Translations under genes and position numbers: made by a program
Shown here: positions 38,249 through 50,875 of the stretch, piece by piece
Position numbering within the stretch: the first letter of the stretch is position 1
Layout of the letters: every line of letters starts with the position of its first letter
Source: Heteronotia binoei
Lineage: Eukaryota
Direction: 5' to 3'
Length of the DNA stretch: 64,000 bases
NCBI RefSeq assembly: GCF_032191835.1
Contig: NC_083243.1
Location: forward strand, 190,712,001 to 190,776,000
The notes under the pieces: generated by a model
What the model was told of the DNA's origin: nothing
Seen by the model: only the letters and a program-made list of their open reading frames with translations
The model's database searches: none

Positions 38249-38875
38249 ATTTAATTTCCGCCAGGGACTGAGTACACAAGACTAACCAATAACTGCATCT
38301 GCTGCCATTGAATCTAACAATAACAGCAGCCCCGCCCTGCCTCAGTCCAGGAGGTCATCTGGGAGAGCAACCAATGCCTTCTCTGTCCCATGACTAGGGC
38401 AGAAACTGGACTGCAAAGGATCAAGGATAGGTGCATCATCCAAGAAAACCTGGAGCTGTTTAGCCACCGCCCTCTCAACTACTTACCCAGAAACGGAAGA
38501 TTTGAGACAGGGGTAGTTGGCCGGGACCATGGAGTCCAAAGTTGATTTTTTAAAGAGGGGATGAACCACTGCCTCTTTTAATTCCACTGGAAAAGTTCCA
38601 GGTGAAAGGGACAAGTTGATAATATCTCCCAGGGGGACCCAAATATCATCTCCACAGGCCTTGACCAGCCAGGATGGACACAGGTCAAGGAGGCAAGTGG
38701 CTGGCCTCACAGCTACCAGGACCTTGTCAACATCTTTCTGAGAGAGCTGGCTGAAATGGTCCAATATGGGACCTGAAGATGGACAAGGGACTTCCAGTTC
38801 CATTACTGTATCAATAGTGGCTGGAAGGTCCTGGAGAGCAATAAGATTTTATCAGCAGAATATGTTGCAAAAACC

Positions 38876-39330
38876 CAGGGGTCGTTTTGTAGAAAAATAG
38901 GCAGTGGAGCTCATTAGCATAACTCATTAGCATATGCCCCCCCCCCACCAGCCAAAAGCAATCCGACACAAGAAAGGAGAGCCCTGAGTGAGCATGGCCT
39001 GCTTGGGTTGGTTAGAGATTCAGCCAGCCCAAGCAGGCCTTGCTCCCCTGGGGCTCTCCTTGGCCACACATACTCCACAGTCAAAAGGCCAGCAAGCCAC
39101 CCGCCACCCAAAATCGCGTAAGAAGTGGGGAAAAGGTGGCATGGGCTTCTCCAAGGATTAATGAAGGCTGCTGGGGGTGTGGCAAAGCTCCTGGTGGCTG
39201 GCTGGCTGCCTGCTCTCCTAATCCAGGGATTGTTATGCAGTTGCACCTACTATTCAATGGACAAGGTAGGTGAGAAGGAGGAGGAGAGCCATCAGAAAGC
39301 TGCACATCAGGAGCTGCACTCAGGAGCTCC
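38876..39330. mobile_element. Non-autonomous DNA-transposon-like repeat inside the L2
   Basis: Starts cagggGtcgttttgtagaaaaatag, related to the gggctttttctacaaaa motif in other MITEs. The right end abuts a short LINE-tail insertion. Confidence 0.6.
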
Positions 39331-39369
39331 TGAGCCTGCTTCGGCGGGGAGGGCAGGGTATAAATTAAA

Positions 39370-39371
<2 letters not shown>

Positions 39372-39424
<53 letters not shown>
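39372..39424. repeat. (ATT)n microsatellite, tail of a short L2-type 3' fragment
   Basis: About 17 ATT units following ggagggcagggtataaatt. Confidence 0.95.
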
Positions 39425-39426
<2 letters not shown>

Positions 39427-42166
39427 AGGCCTGCAGAAGCCTCACAGCTAATATCTAATTCTTTACTCTTTGGTTTGCCTTGTGGCAATGAGCTTAACGA
39501 CCAAATGGTTCTAAACTATTGGACCAGGTACAACTTTGCAGATGTAATGGAGGCCGCATAGAACTCTTTCTTTGAGGACTTCACTGCCATCTCATAGACC
39601 TTGATAAATGATCTGTAAGATGTCCTTGCCACTATGTCACAAGCACACCACCACACTCTCTCAAGCTGTCTCAGTTCATCCTCCACGGCTCTGAGGTATA
39701 CCATGGGGCAGCTTTGGTCTGAGGGCAGAGAGGGTGCTGGTGGGTGATATCATTGATGGCTTTAGAGATCCAGGAGTACCAGTCCTTCACCAGCACATCT
39801 AATGATTCACCAGAGGGTATTGGATCCTGCAGAGCCGCCTGAAGCTGATCAGGGTCCATTTGCCCCTGCGGGCGAGCATAAATGCGCTTGCCACCTAAAC
39901 AGGGATGATTTGGCATGCCCAACTGGATCTTCAGAGCCAAGTGGTCTGACCACGGAACTGCTTCAGCAGCCACCAGATCCACATTAATCCCCACCCCAAA
40001 AATCAGATCCAGCACGTGGCCTGCTTGATGCGTAGGGGCTGATATAAATTGGAAGAGTCCCAGTACCTCTGTGGCCAACACTAGGTCCGTGGCCTGAGAA
40101 GATGCGGCATCATCTACGTGGACACTGAAGTCTCCCAAGACTAAAAGCTTGGGGTACTCCAATGCCTACCCAGATACCGTGTCTAACAGGTCAGGCAGGG
40201 TATCTGTTGGTGTGTTAGGTGGTTGGTACACCAGCCAGATAGCCAAATTCTCCTTAGCCTTTCATACCAGCCCAACACATTCAATGCAGGCAATCTTTGT
40301 TGTGGGAAGTGTCCTGAAAGAAAAATATTCTTTCACCCCCCACAACCTGCTGGTCCAGGACTGGTGCGGGACTGAGAACCCAGGTGGGGAAAATTGATTA
40401 AAGGTGACAGTTTTGCCCTCCTGCACCCAGGTCTCAGTCACACAGGCTAAGTCTATATTTCACTCTGTGAGATATTCTCACAGAACTGAGGTCTTATTAT
40501 TTATAGATCTGGCATTAAACAACACCAGTGCTAAGAGATAGGTAATCGTTCCAAGCCCCACAACCAACCTTTCTTTGGATGGGATGTAGGAGGGAAGAGA
40601 TCTGAGCAGTACCATATATCTGATCTCTTTCTTTTTTTTCTTTGTAATTTCAGGTTTTTAAGAGTAAGAAAAGTACAAAATAGTGAAAAGAAAACATACG
40701 GTATAGTATCATAGATAAAAAGTTACAAGAACATTCAAAGATGATGCATCAAGATTACCAGGTAAGCTGAGCCTTATAAACTAATATAGGAATAGTTTAA
40801 TTGGTTCAGTCGGCAGCATTGTTACAACAGTAAGATATGAAAAAGATCACTATACAATTATAATATAGATATGAAGCTTTTAACATTTTGCATAGATTTG
40901 TCAAAAACACTGTTGGTTTGTGTATACTCAAGGAAAGGCTACCATACAGCATGAAAGGAAGAAATATGCAAAGGATTGTTAGAACACTGCAGACGGTCAG
41001 ATATTCTTTCCATTATGAAAAAATCCCATACAATTTTGTGCCACTTTGATATTGAGGGAGCACGATTTTTCTTCCAAAAACAGAGCTAAGGCTGTTCTTG
41101 CTGCTGACAATAATATAAATATAAGATCCTTCCTAATTGAAGGGATTGATCTGTCTGGACCCAAACCTAGTAAAATCATTTCAGGTTGCATAGGCATTAC
41201 ATAACCTGTTATTTTGTGTATGTGGAATCTTTTCCCAAAAGATTTTAATTTTGTGGCATTCCCACCAGCAGTGAAGGTACATTCCACGTAAACCACAGAG
41301 CTTCCAGCGAAGTGAGGAAGTAGTGTAGTGGATACGATGGAGTTGAGACAGTGTCACGTACCAACTTGTCATGATCCTGGAGTACAGAAGTTTAATACTG
41401 ATTGCTTTAGATTAAATAAATAAAAAAAAAATGGGTTGCCAAATTTGTTCCCAATAAGTGTGTGTCAAGACAGTATTGCAGTCATCTTGCCATTTGTTTT
41501 GGTACAACAGAGTGGAATCGTTGTTGAAAGACAATAAAATAGAGTAAATTTTGGAAACTAGACCTTATGATATTGCGTCCCATGCTTCAGTAGGAGTTCG
41601 AAGGGAGTAAGCTCTCTGTCAAGAGTTAAGTTAAGGGCTCATGGTCTCTAGAAGATGCTTGAGTTGTAAATATTCAAGCCACAGAAGGGTTATTTCTGAA
41701 TTTTTTTTCTATCTGTATTTTTTCTAGTACGGTACCTCTGTGGAAGACATCACTCAGCTTTGGTTTACAAAGAGATCTCCACTTCTTGTATGATGTAGAG
41801 TCCCTACATAGACTGAACCAGGTCTGGATCAAGAAGGATGTGATGTGTGAGGCACTAGGGGCCAAGATCTTTTTTATTTTGTCCCAAATTTTAAGTGTAA
41901 TGAATAGAAATTCATTATGTTTAATTTGCTGCGGTCTATCATGCTGAGAATTTCATAGCAGATCATATGGATAAAATGAGCCCAAATAAGACGTTTCAAT
42001 AAATACTCAGTCTAATGTTTCAGACAAATATAGTAATGCGAATAAACTGGCCAGTTGGGCTGATTTGTACGTGTGTAAGGTCAGGAATATTCAGACCACA
42101 TTTTGAGGGCTATGACATTATTCTAAGAAACTTTGGGTCATTTATTCTCCCATATGAAATTGTTTA

Positions 42167-42429
42167 GGAGCCCTATGGCACAGAATGGTAAGCTGTAGTA
42201 CCGCAGTCCAATCTCTGCTCACGACCTGAGTTCGATCCTGGCGGAAGCTGGGTTCAGGTAGCTGGCTCAAGGTCGACTCAGTTTGCCATCCTTCTGAGGT
42301 TGGTAAAAATCCAGCTTGCTGGGGTTAAACTGTAGATGACTGGGGAAGGCAATGGCAAACCACCCTGTAAAATGTTTGCTGTGAAAACGCCATGATGGGA
42401 CATCACCCCAGAGTCAGAAACGACTGGTG
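42167..42429 (+). mobile_element. Sauria SINE
   Basis: tRNA-like head (gagttcgatcc B box), ggttcaggtagctggctcaaggtcgactcag body, and Bov-B-like tail ggggaaggcaatggcaaaccac...gagtcagaaacgactgg. Confidence 0.88.
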
Positions 42430-42687
42430 ATTAGTATTTTCTGCCAGCTGCGGAGATCTTTGTCAGCGATTGGTATGGGAAGCAGATGAAATAAAAAGAT
42501 AAACTGTTGTAGAACTATAACTTTGATAGCGTTGATCTTTTCAAACCATGTCAGGTTTGATTTTTTTAGATTTTTTTTAAAAGTAATTTTTTGAGCTAGT
42601 CTGCTGTGGTTCGTGATTTTAAGAGTGCAGAGGTTCAAGGGAATATCTACAGCTAGATAAGTCCAAGATTTTTCTATCCATTTAAAT

Positions 42688-43398
42688 CAGAGGTGGGGAA
42701 CCTCCATCTCTTGGTGTGGCCCTCGGGGATTGCTGGGCCGAACTGTGCCATGTGGCAGCCTCCTTGGGGCCTGGCTGGCCAGCAAGGATTGTGCAGCCCA
42801 GCCCGTGCTGTGCAGCAGCCTCCCCAGGGCCAGGCAGGGATCACAGGGCCCAAATGTACTGTGCGGCAGCCTCCCTGGGGCCTGGCTGGCCAGCCAGAAT
42901 TGCTGCAGGGCCTGAAAAAGTTACTGTCATAGTTCAGGTAAGTTTTCCCCTAATTTCTTTATTTCCCTTTCTTTCCATTTCTGCCTCCCATTTCTTTGTT
43001 CCCCTTTTGTTCCCATTTTTTTATTGATTGATTATCCCAGATAGTGTGGCCTAATATGCTAATGAGTGTGTGACCTAATATGTTAATATTAGGGGATGTG
43101 GTCTAATATGCTACTGAGTTCCCGCTGGGCTTTTTCTACAAAAAAGCTCTGGACCTATGCATTTGCCTAGGGCGGCAGTTCAGGCAGGCTGGGTGTGTGT
43201 GTGTGTGTGTGTGCGCCAGATTAGGCTCTCCCCACATGACTTCAAATAGAAAAAACAATTATTTGCATTAATTTTGCTGGCCTGAATCATTCTCCCTCGG
43301 CGGAACACCGTTTTTTAAGTTGATAATTTTGTATGGCCCGCGAATGATGTTAGAAATATCCATATGGCCCTTGGCAGAAAAAAGGTTCCCCAACCCTG
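42688..43398. mobile_element. hAT MITE (composite), sister of 26097-26725
   Basis: TIRs cagaggtggggaacct and aggttccccaaccctg. TSD atttaaat / attgaaat (7/8). Confidence 0.92.
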
Positions 43399-43991
43399 AT
43401 TGAAATTGAAGGTTTGCTTTTATGTAATTAGTTGAATAGACAGTCTAATAGGATATATCTCAGATTTAAAAGCATTAATTCATAAACCTGATATGGAGCC
43501 AAAATTTTTCAAGACAGATTGAAGATTTTTGAGTGAAGCAAGAGGGTTAGCGAGGTATAGAGCCATATTGTCAGTAAAAAGATTAATTTTGAAGGTGCAG
43601 CCATGAATATTGGCTCCTTCAATGTCTTATCCTTGTCTAATGATTTCTGCAAATGGTTCTATTGAGAAGGCAAAGAGCAGGGGTAACAAAGAACACCCCT
43701 GTTGTGTACCTCTTGTCAGTCTGAATGGCAAAGATTTTAAGTCATTTACATGCATCTGAGCCATTGGATCTGCATAGTTTAATGATATATAAAAAAGGGG
43801 ACCAAAATGATAAAAGATGATGTAGGTATTTAATTTCTAACTCATCAAAAGCCTTTCGGTGTCTAAAACCCGCATTAGGGCTTCTATGTTAGAAGTCTGA
43901 GAATACTGAATGACATGTAGGGTCTACCTGACATTGTCTATTATATTGTGAGATGGCATAAAGCCAGTCTGGCCAGTCTGGATGTATCTGG

Positions 43992-44128
43992 AAGAGCTCT
44001 CTCAGCCCCGCCTACCCCACCGAGTGTCTGTTGTGGGGAGGGGAAGGGAAAGGAGATTTGTAAGCCACTCTGAGATTCCTTTGGCTAGCAAAGGGAGGGG
44101 TATAAACCCAATATCATCATCTTCTTCT
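43992..44128 (+). mobile_element. 3' half of a family-A-related SINE
   Basis: ctctcagccccgcctacc...gggaaaggagatttgtaagccactctgag...ggggtataaacccaatatc. Confidence 0.75.
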
Positions 44129-45204
44129 ATTGAGTAATGAATGTGCTTAGAAGGTTGGCTAAAGTGGCAATGAACATTTTAATTAACGAGATTGGTTTAT
44201 AAGATTCAGGGAGGGTTGTGTCTTTGTTTTTCTTGGGAAGCCCAATCACATCGGCTTCATGGAGGGACAGTGCGTTGAAAGAATGCATGGTTGCAAGTGG
44301 CGGCTAAGGGATCAGCTAAAAGATGGTGATTTTTTTTTTGTAGAATTCAGTGGGGAATCCATCCCCGCCAGGTGACTTGCAATTTTTTAAAAGATTTTTT
44401 GACAGTTTTAATAATTTCCTGTTTTGTAATTGGTTGCTCCATAAGATCTCTATGCTCAGGTTTTAATTTCTTGAGAATAGTAACAGAATTTATAAATGCT
44501 TTGATTGGTGTGTCCTGAGGCTCCTCTGATGTATACATTTTATTAAAATTTGTGAAAGATTCAAGAATTTCCTTGGAGTCTGAGGTAAGGTCGCCTTTGT
44601 GAGTTTTCAAGAGATTGACAGATTTGGAGGACATTTTTTGTCTGATTTCCACAATAACATATGTAAACTTTTTGGGGGCCTTATACGAATATTGTTATTT
44701 TAAGTATAAATGATTTTTTAAAAAAGAAACCTCTAAGGTCTTTATTTTTTTCCTTTCAGCAACTAATTGTTTATATATTTTGGCACTACAGGATTTTTTG
44801 TGTTTGAGTTCAAGTATTTATATATGTTTGATAATAATTCTAACCTTAATTTATCCCTTTCTTTTTTATAGAATGTGGCCAGAGATATGAATTTCCCCCG
44901 GATGACGGCTTTAATGGCATACCAGATCACATGCTGTGGAACTTCCTTGGACTGAGTTCAAAGTAGTCATGGATTTCTGCTTCAATTTCTGTAAAAGCAG
45001 ATTGATTAAATAAAAGAGATTTGTTAAAAATCCAATTGAATTCTTTTTGGCTATTCACATTATGTTGTAATACACATCTAATGCAAGCAAGGTTGGACCG
45101 TATGGGTTCCTCTAGTGGTTAAAAGTACACAACTGACCAGACTTTTAGTTGATAACATGTGGTCAATACGAGTATGGCTTTTGTGGTGAGGGGAGTAATA
45201 TGTG

Positions 45205-45385
45205 CTGGGCTTTTTTTGTAGCAGGAACTCCTTTGCATATTAGGCTACACCCCCCTGATGTAGCCAATCCTCCTGGAGTTTACGGTAGGCTCTGTACTAA
45301 GAGCCCAGTAAACTCTTGGAGGATTGGCAACATCAGGGAGGTGCAGCCTAATATGCAAAGAGTTTCTGTTACAAAAAAAGCCCTA
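45205..45385. mobile_element. Palindromic hAT MITE, sister of 28330-28509
   Basis: Ends gggctttttttgtagcaggaactcc and acaaaaaaagccc. TSD aatatgtg / tatatgtg (7/8). Confidence 0.9.
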
Positions 45386-47367
45386 TATATGTGAAATCTC
45401 TTTCCATAGTGTTTTGTAAGTGCCGAATGTCACATAACCCAAAATCGTCACATAATTTATGAAGTTCTGTCTTTATTGTGTTTTAGTTTTTGAGGGGCAT
45501 TTTACAGGTGGAGATCGATCTATGTTTTCGTCTGCTATATAAAGTCCCCTCCGATTGTGATTTCCCCCTGTCCAAAGGACGTTACATTTGTAAATTCTTT
45601 GCATAAAAATTAATTCGGTTTCGATTTGGTGCATAAATTGAGGCTAGGGTTAGCCAGGAATCATTTCGCTTGCCTTTCAGGAAAATAAAACATCCTATTG
45701 GATTGGCTCTAATTTGTATATTCTGGAGTCTGGCATTAGATGGCAACAAAATTCCTCCCCCCCTCCCCCGCTCCTGGAGTTTTAGATGTTCCAGATACTA
45801 AAAACTGGTAATGGAATCTTTTAGATTTCAGTGCCTACTGTACATTACCCTTGAGATGAATTTCCTGTAAAAACAGTATATCAGGGCATAATTTGAGTAT
45901 AGCAGATGTTACCTTCTTTCTTTTTATAGGTTGATTTAAGCCATGGCAGTTGAAAGAAATAATATTCAAGGTATTAGCCATATAGAGTTATGAAAGGAAA
46001 AATGCATAGGCACAAGTAAGTTGTACCATAGAGTTTTCCCTCCCAAATTGTTAGAGTGTCCGGGAAAACCATAGAGTTTTCCAAAAAGCTCCTAGAGCGG
46101 CCAGTGTGCAAAAACCGTCCCCTGCTGGAGACTGCGGGGGACTTGGCAACCCTAATTAGGAGGCAAATATGTGGAAGTCAGTTCCCTAAAGGGAGGAACT
46201 TATGTGAGAGTACCAGACTTATAGACATCTGAATCAAAACAGAGTAATGCATTAGAAACACCCCAAAAGTATAAATGATTGTCAGTGTAAAACCAGTTAG
46301 TATATGACTGCAAGTAAGAATGAATGATAAAAAGCTAGAGCATAGAAAAAAAGGTGTATAACAGCAAAAATTATTCAGAAAAATGAAACAATAAACATAG
46401 CAAGTTAACATTCATTAAAAGGTGAAGGAGTGGAGACCAGTTAATTAGAAGAGTAAGCAAGCGGGAAGAGTCTGGCTTTAGAATAATTTGATTAGTAATT
46501 AGGCAGTTCCTTAACGGCAACATGGAATTAATTTTCAATGCGCAACTCTGTAATGTAAATCCAATTCTGGCAGTCGGTGGATAATTTGCAGGAGAGAGAA
46601 CTATATAGCTGTATGTGTAGATACCATAACAACACAAACAAAGAAATGGAAGCAAAAAATATAGAACTGTTAACCATTTAATTGGAATAAAAATCAAGTG
46701 AACAATAAACAGGAAAATTCTATCAGTGGGATTAGACACTCAGATGCTGGGATGGGTTGCCCAGCCAGGGAGTGTATTTAATAAGAGAAACAACAGTTGA
46801 AATAGGGGAATGAGAACCCGTTCACCTGACTGGTATCCCTGACCACAGCATGGCCTCCCTGCTAGATGTTATTGGTTCCCAACTGACCCAGCTAGCATTT
46901 CTTGTATAGGTAATATAACTGCATAAATTGGATATGGCTGCATCTAGAAGATGCCTGAATACCCTACATATATAGTCTAAACTCCGGAAGAATTGGTTAC
47001 CCCTGAACTTTTACAGAATCTATTTGAATGGTTTGAAGAAAAAACGGAAATAAAATTTGCGAAAATGAAACTAGAGGTCATAGATGAGGTTCAGGAATTT
47101 GAGAACGCGATTGCTACATCAGGACACACTTTTCATTTATACACATTAGAACCAATGGGACTGAATCAAAGCCTGGACTTGAGTTGCTTTTTGTAAAACA
47201 CAGTGTTAATTGCTGTACACATTTCCAAGGATTACATCAGGGAACATGATTTGTGATTAGACTTCAGACATGGTTACGTGTCATATGCCTTTAAGGGGCC
47301 TGTAGGAATCCTCTCATGGATTGCTGCCTTGATGTGGTGAGAGGGCCTGAGTGGTTCAGTGAGGCTG

Positions 47368-48000
47368 TGAGGGAACCATGAATGCCAACATGTACTGTGA
47401 TATACTGAAGCAGAGCATGATCCCCTCCCTTCGGAGACTGGGCCGCAGGGCAGTATTCCAACATGATAATGACCCCAAACACACCTCCAAAACGACCACT
47501 GCCTTGCTAAAGAAGCTGAGGGTAAAGGTGATGGATTGGCCAAGCATGTCTCCAGACCTAAACCCTATTGAACATCTGTAGGACATCCTGAAATGGAAGG
47601 TGGAGGTGCGCAAGGTCTCTAACATCCACCAGCTATGTGATGTCATCATGGAGGAGTGGAAGAGGACTCCAGTGGCAACCTGTGAAGCTCTGGTGAACTC
47701 TATGCCCAAGAGGGTTAAGGCAGTGCTGGAAAATAATGGTGACCACACAAAATATTGACACTTTGGGCCCCATTTGGACATTATCACTTAGGGGCGTACT
47801 CACTTTTGTTGCCAGCAGTTTAGACATTAATGGCTGTGTGCTGCGTAATTCTGAGGGGACAGCACACTACTGTTATACAAGCTGTAGACTCACTACTTTA
47901 CATTGTAGCCAAGTGTCATTTCTTCAGTGTTGTCACATGAAAAGATATTCTTAAATATTTACAAAATGTGAGGGGGTGTACTCACTTCTGTGACATACTG
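47368..48000 (+). mobile_element. Tc1 DNA transposon, 3' portion (DD34E transposase C-terminus plus right IR/DR terminus)
   Basis: [11 protein letters not shown]...[14 protein letters not shown]...MPKRVKAVLENNGDHTKY* (stop 47756-47758). Direct repeats ggggcgtactcactttt (47791) and ggggtgtactcacttct (47973). Ends ...catactg followed by TA. Confidence 0.95.
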
Positions 48001-49253
48001 TATATTGTAATATTTAGTTGCAGGTCACAAGGATATAACTTTATTTTTCAATCACCTACTGAGGGAGACTCCAATATTGGCTTTAATATCAATCTCCGGT
48101 CAGCTGTTTTCGACATTGCACAACTGCAAGCTTTCTCTGGTAGCACTGGACTGGCGAAAAAAGACTTTTTGCTTCATGCTTTAGCTACCTTGGAGACAGT
48201 TGCTAACCAATTGTATATTGACTTCGGAACATTTGTTGAGACATGATGATTATGTTATGTATGTGATATATTGATTGGCTGATATAGCTTGATTATGAAC
48301 TATTTATGAGCAATATATAATTTAGATTTTGATTACTATAAGAGTTTTGGGATTGTGTACTTGCAGCGGTTTTTCTAAAAGGATGGGAACCAGGCAAATA
48401 GCATAGCATTCCCCCTCCTCCAGATCTCCAGGGAAACTCCCAGGGAACTTTTCCCATGACATATAAAGACAATTAGACTAGGAAGTCCAGAAGGCTCACT
48501 GGGATTGTACTATAAGTATTTTGAAGATGAACTTTTACAACCATTAGAGATTACAATGAATATTTTACAAGTAGGAAGGATGCTGGAATTTTGGAAAGAG
48601 GCTAATATAACACTAATATCAAAAGAGAGGCAAGATCTTAATTTGACAAAAAATTATAGACCGATATTGCTGAATAACGATTACATGCTATTTACAATTT
48701 TTTTTAGCAGAAAGTTTGCTAACAATTCTGAAAGTATTTATCCATGGAGATCAATGTGGTTTCTTACCTAAAATACAGTTAAAGCATAATGTTAGAATGG
48801 TCTTGGATGTTTTGGGTTATCTTGAGAATTTGAGTATCTAGAATAATTTGAACTGGGCTTTTTTGATAAACATTTTAGAACGGACTTTGGAGATAATTTT
48901 ATAAAATAAGTGAAGTCAATTTATACTATACAGATGACTTGAATAATAGTAAATGCCCATTGTCACCTCTTTTGTTTATTTTAGCCCTTGGAATTTGAAT
49001 AGAGATATTAGACACAATGAGAGGATTGAAGATGTGAAGGTTTAAAAAGAGACTTATACATTAAGAGCTTTTGTAGATGATTCAGTACTAGCTTTAGAAA
49101 ACCCCTTAAAGGGGACAGAAGTATTAAGGCATAAACTGAAAGAATTTGGTGCACTAGCAGAATTTAAAATAAATAAACAGAAAAAAAAGATCATTAGGGT
49201 TTGTAGAGTCTTTCGGGATCAAGTGCCGTGTTCTACTGGAGAAAGTTTTCCTT

Positions 49254-49294
49254 CCAGACGTTTCGTTCTCAGCTGCGGAGAACATCCTCAGTGG
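49254..49294 (-). ncRNA. Mirror copy of the hammerhead ribozyme motif, sense to the ADCY5 pre-mRNA
   Basis: Exact reverse complement of 49399-49439. Confidence 0.85.
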
Positions 49295-49398
49295 CGTTGC
49301 AGCCGGAGCAGGCGCTCTGACCTTCTTGGCTGCTGTGCATTGATCCCACTCAATGCACAGCAGCCAAGAAGGTCTGAGCGCCTGCTCCGGCTGCAACG

Positions 49399-49439
49399 CC
49401 ACTGAGGATGTTCTCCGCAGCTGAGAACGAAACGTCTGG
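49399..49439 (+). ncRNA. Minimal type I hammerhead ribozyme motif
   Basis: CCA-CUGAGGA-u-GUUCUC(cgcagcu)GAGAAC-GAAA-C-GUC-UGG. It has the CUGANGA and GAAA cores, a 6-bp stem II, a CCA/UGG stem I, a palindromic ACGU stem III and a GUC cleavage triplet (49434-49436). Confidence 0.85.
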
Positions 49440-50713
49440 AAGGAAAACTTTCTCCAGTAGAACACGGCACTTGATCCCGAAAGACTCTACAAACCCTAAT
49501 GATGTTACCAGCCGTGAAAACCTGAAATCTTTGAGAAAACAAAGATGTTAATCAAAAATATTAAATTACAAGAACAAACAATTTATGAATAAAACTGATT
49601 TTTAAGCTTGAAAAGAAAATTAGATATTTGGGCACTACATTGACAAATACGAACTGTATGTTGTTTCAAAATAATTAGGTTAAGACCTGGAATGAAGTTA
49701 AAAAGATTTGGGATAAATTGCAATTGTTGTTGTGAAGGATTTCTGTGATCAAAATGAAAGTTTTACCTAAAATGTTGTTCCTTTTTCAGATAATTGTTGT
49801 TTTTGAGAAATGGAAGATTACTAGAATTGAAGGGTCAGTATTTGAGATTTGGGTGGCATGGCTGTTTGTGGTATGAAAAAACTAAGATCAGTGTGGCTTT
49901 TAAAAATAATTAAATTAGACATGCAATTTTGAGGATATGGAACAAGTATAAATCTAAAAAAAGGTAAAGGTAAGCACCAAGTTATTACCAACCCTTGGGG
50001 TGATGTCACATCATAATGTTTTCTTGGCACACTTCATATGGGCTGGTTTGCCATTGCCTTAAGACTTTTTTATAGACAAGAAATGTAATTTAAATTTAAT
50101 TGGTTATTATGATTTAATAGATTTTGCTCAAGGAAAATGTAAAATGAAGCCAAGAGAAGACTTGATAAGAGCATATGATTTGTTTTTCTATGCACAATTA
50201 TTGGAAAGATTTAAAATGGATACATGATGGTATGGCATTGAAGAAACGTGGACTGTATTTGAAACTGAACTATGTACAAACGCAACAAGACCAGGCTGCC
50301 CATTGTCACCTATTTTGTTTATTGCTAAAATGTATAAACTTTTATGGAAATATGAAATAGAGGAAGAACAAGTGAAAAATTGTATGTTACAATGGGCTAT
50401 GAATTTTGGAACAATGGGAAAGATTTCAATTAAAGGGTTTGAAATTTATATCATTACCTTAAGGAGAATGTTTATAAAAAAGATGTTTTGTTGGTATATT
50501 TCTCCAGATAAATTGGCTAAAACGTATAAAAATATTTCAAAAAGTCCTCTCCCTAGAAGACTGCTGCTGTGAATCTGTGTAAGCAATAGAGGACTAGGTG
50601 GGCCAATTGTTTAATTCATTAATGGCAGCTTCAAGAGAAAAGAAGTTACAATCTTTGTTTCATTAAACAGAGAACTCACATGCACACATGTAAACACAAC
50701 TTCACAGGAATAC

Positions 50714-50875
50714 CTCTGGAAAGTTGCAGCTAGGCTTGGAGCTATCACAGAACCCTTGCGTTCCCAAGCTGTAATTGGTGGCAGAATAGCTGATATGGCA
50801 CATATTCACCTGATGAGGGGTGATGTTGTACTTTGCAGCCACACAGTTGAGAAGGTCCACAGTGCTGCATGTGAA
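50714..50875 (-). CDS. ADCY5: ADCY5 exon 14 (extracellular loop)
   Basis: gtcag acceptor and gtatt donor. FTCSTVDLLNCVAAKYNITPHQVNMCHISYSATNYSLGTQGFCDSSKPSCNFPE. 162 nt, phase 0-0. Confidence 0.95.

Larger units (their letters stand above)
38430..40390 (-). mobile_element. L2 LINE ORF2 remnant (APE and pre-RT region), interrupted at 38820-39440
   Basis: LLVLGDFSVH...PTHQAGHVLDLIF...SDH (endonuclease) and ATCLLDLCPSWLVK...INLSLSPGTFP.ELKEAVVHPLFKK.TLD...ANY (L2-type). Confidence 0.85.
40627..45130 (-). mobile_element. Degraded L1-clade LINE ORF2, interrupted by SINEs and a MITE
   Basis: Fragments EQPITKQEI (44347 ORF), GTQQGCSLLP (about 43700), INAIKVIVLQQFIFLFHLLPI (42414 ORF) and CGLRGMYLHCWWECHKIKIFW (41181 ORF), with an A-rich tail near 40627. 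Confidence 0.85.
49190..49534. mobile_element. Penelope-like element remnant: inverted pLTR pair (154-bp arms, 6-nt loop) plus 31-nt tail
   Basis: 49190-49343 is the reverse complement of 49350-49503 with one mismatch found. Tail gttaccagccgtgaaaacctgaaatctttga. TSD gaaaaaaaagat (49180-49191) / gaaaacaaagat (49535-49546). Confidence 0.88.
48470..50530 (+). mobile_element. Degraded L1-clade LINE ORF2 fragment
   Basis: WKEANITLISKERQDL.LTKNYRPI (48505 ORF), LRAFVDD, and KYEIEEEQVKNCMLQWA (50303 ORF). Confidence 0.8.
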
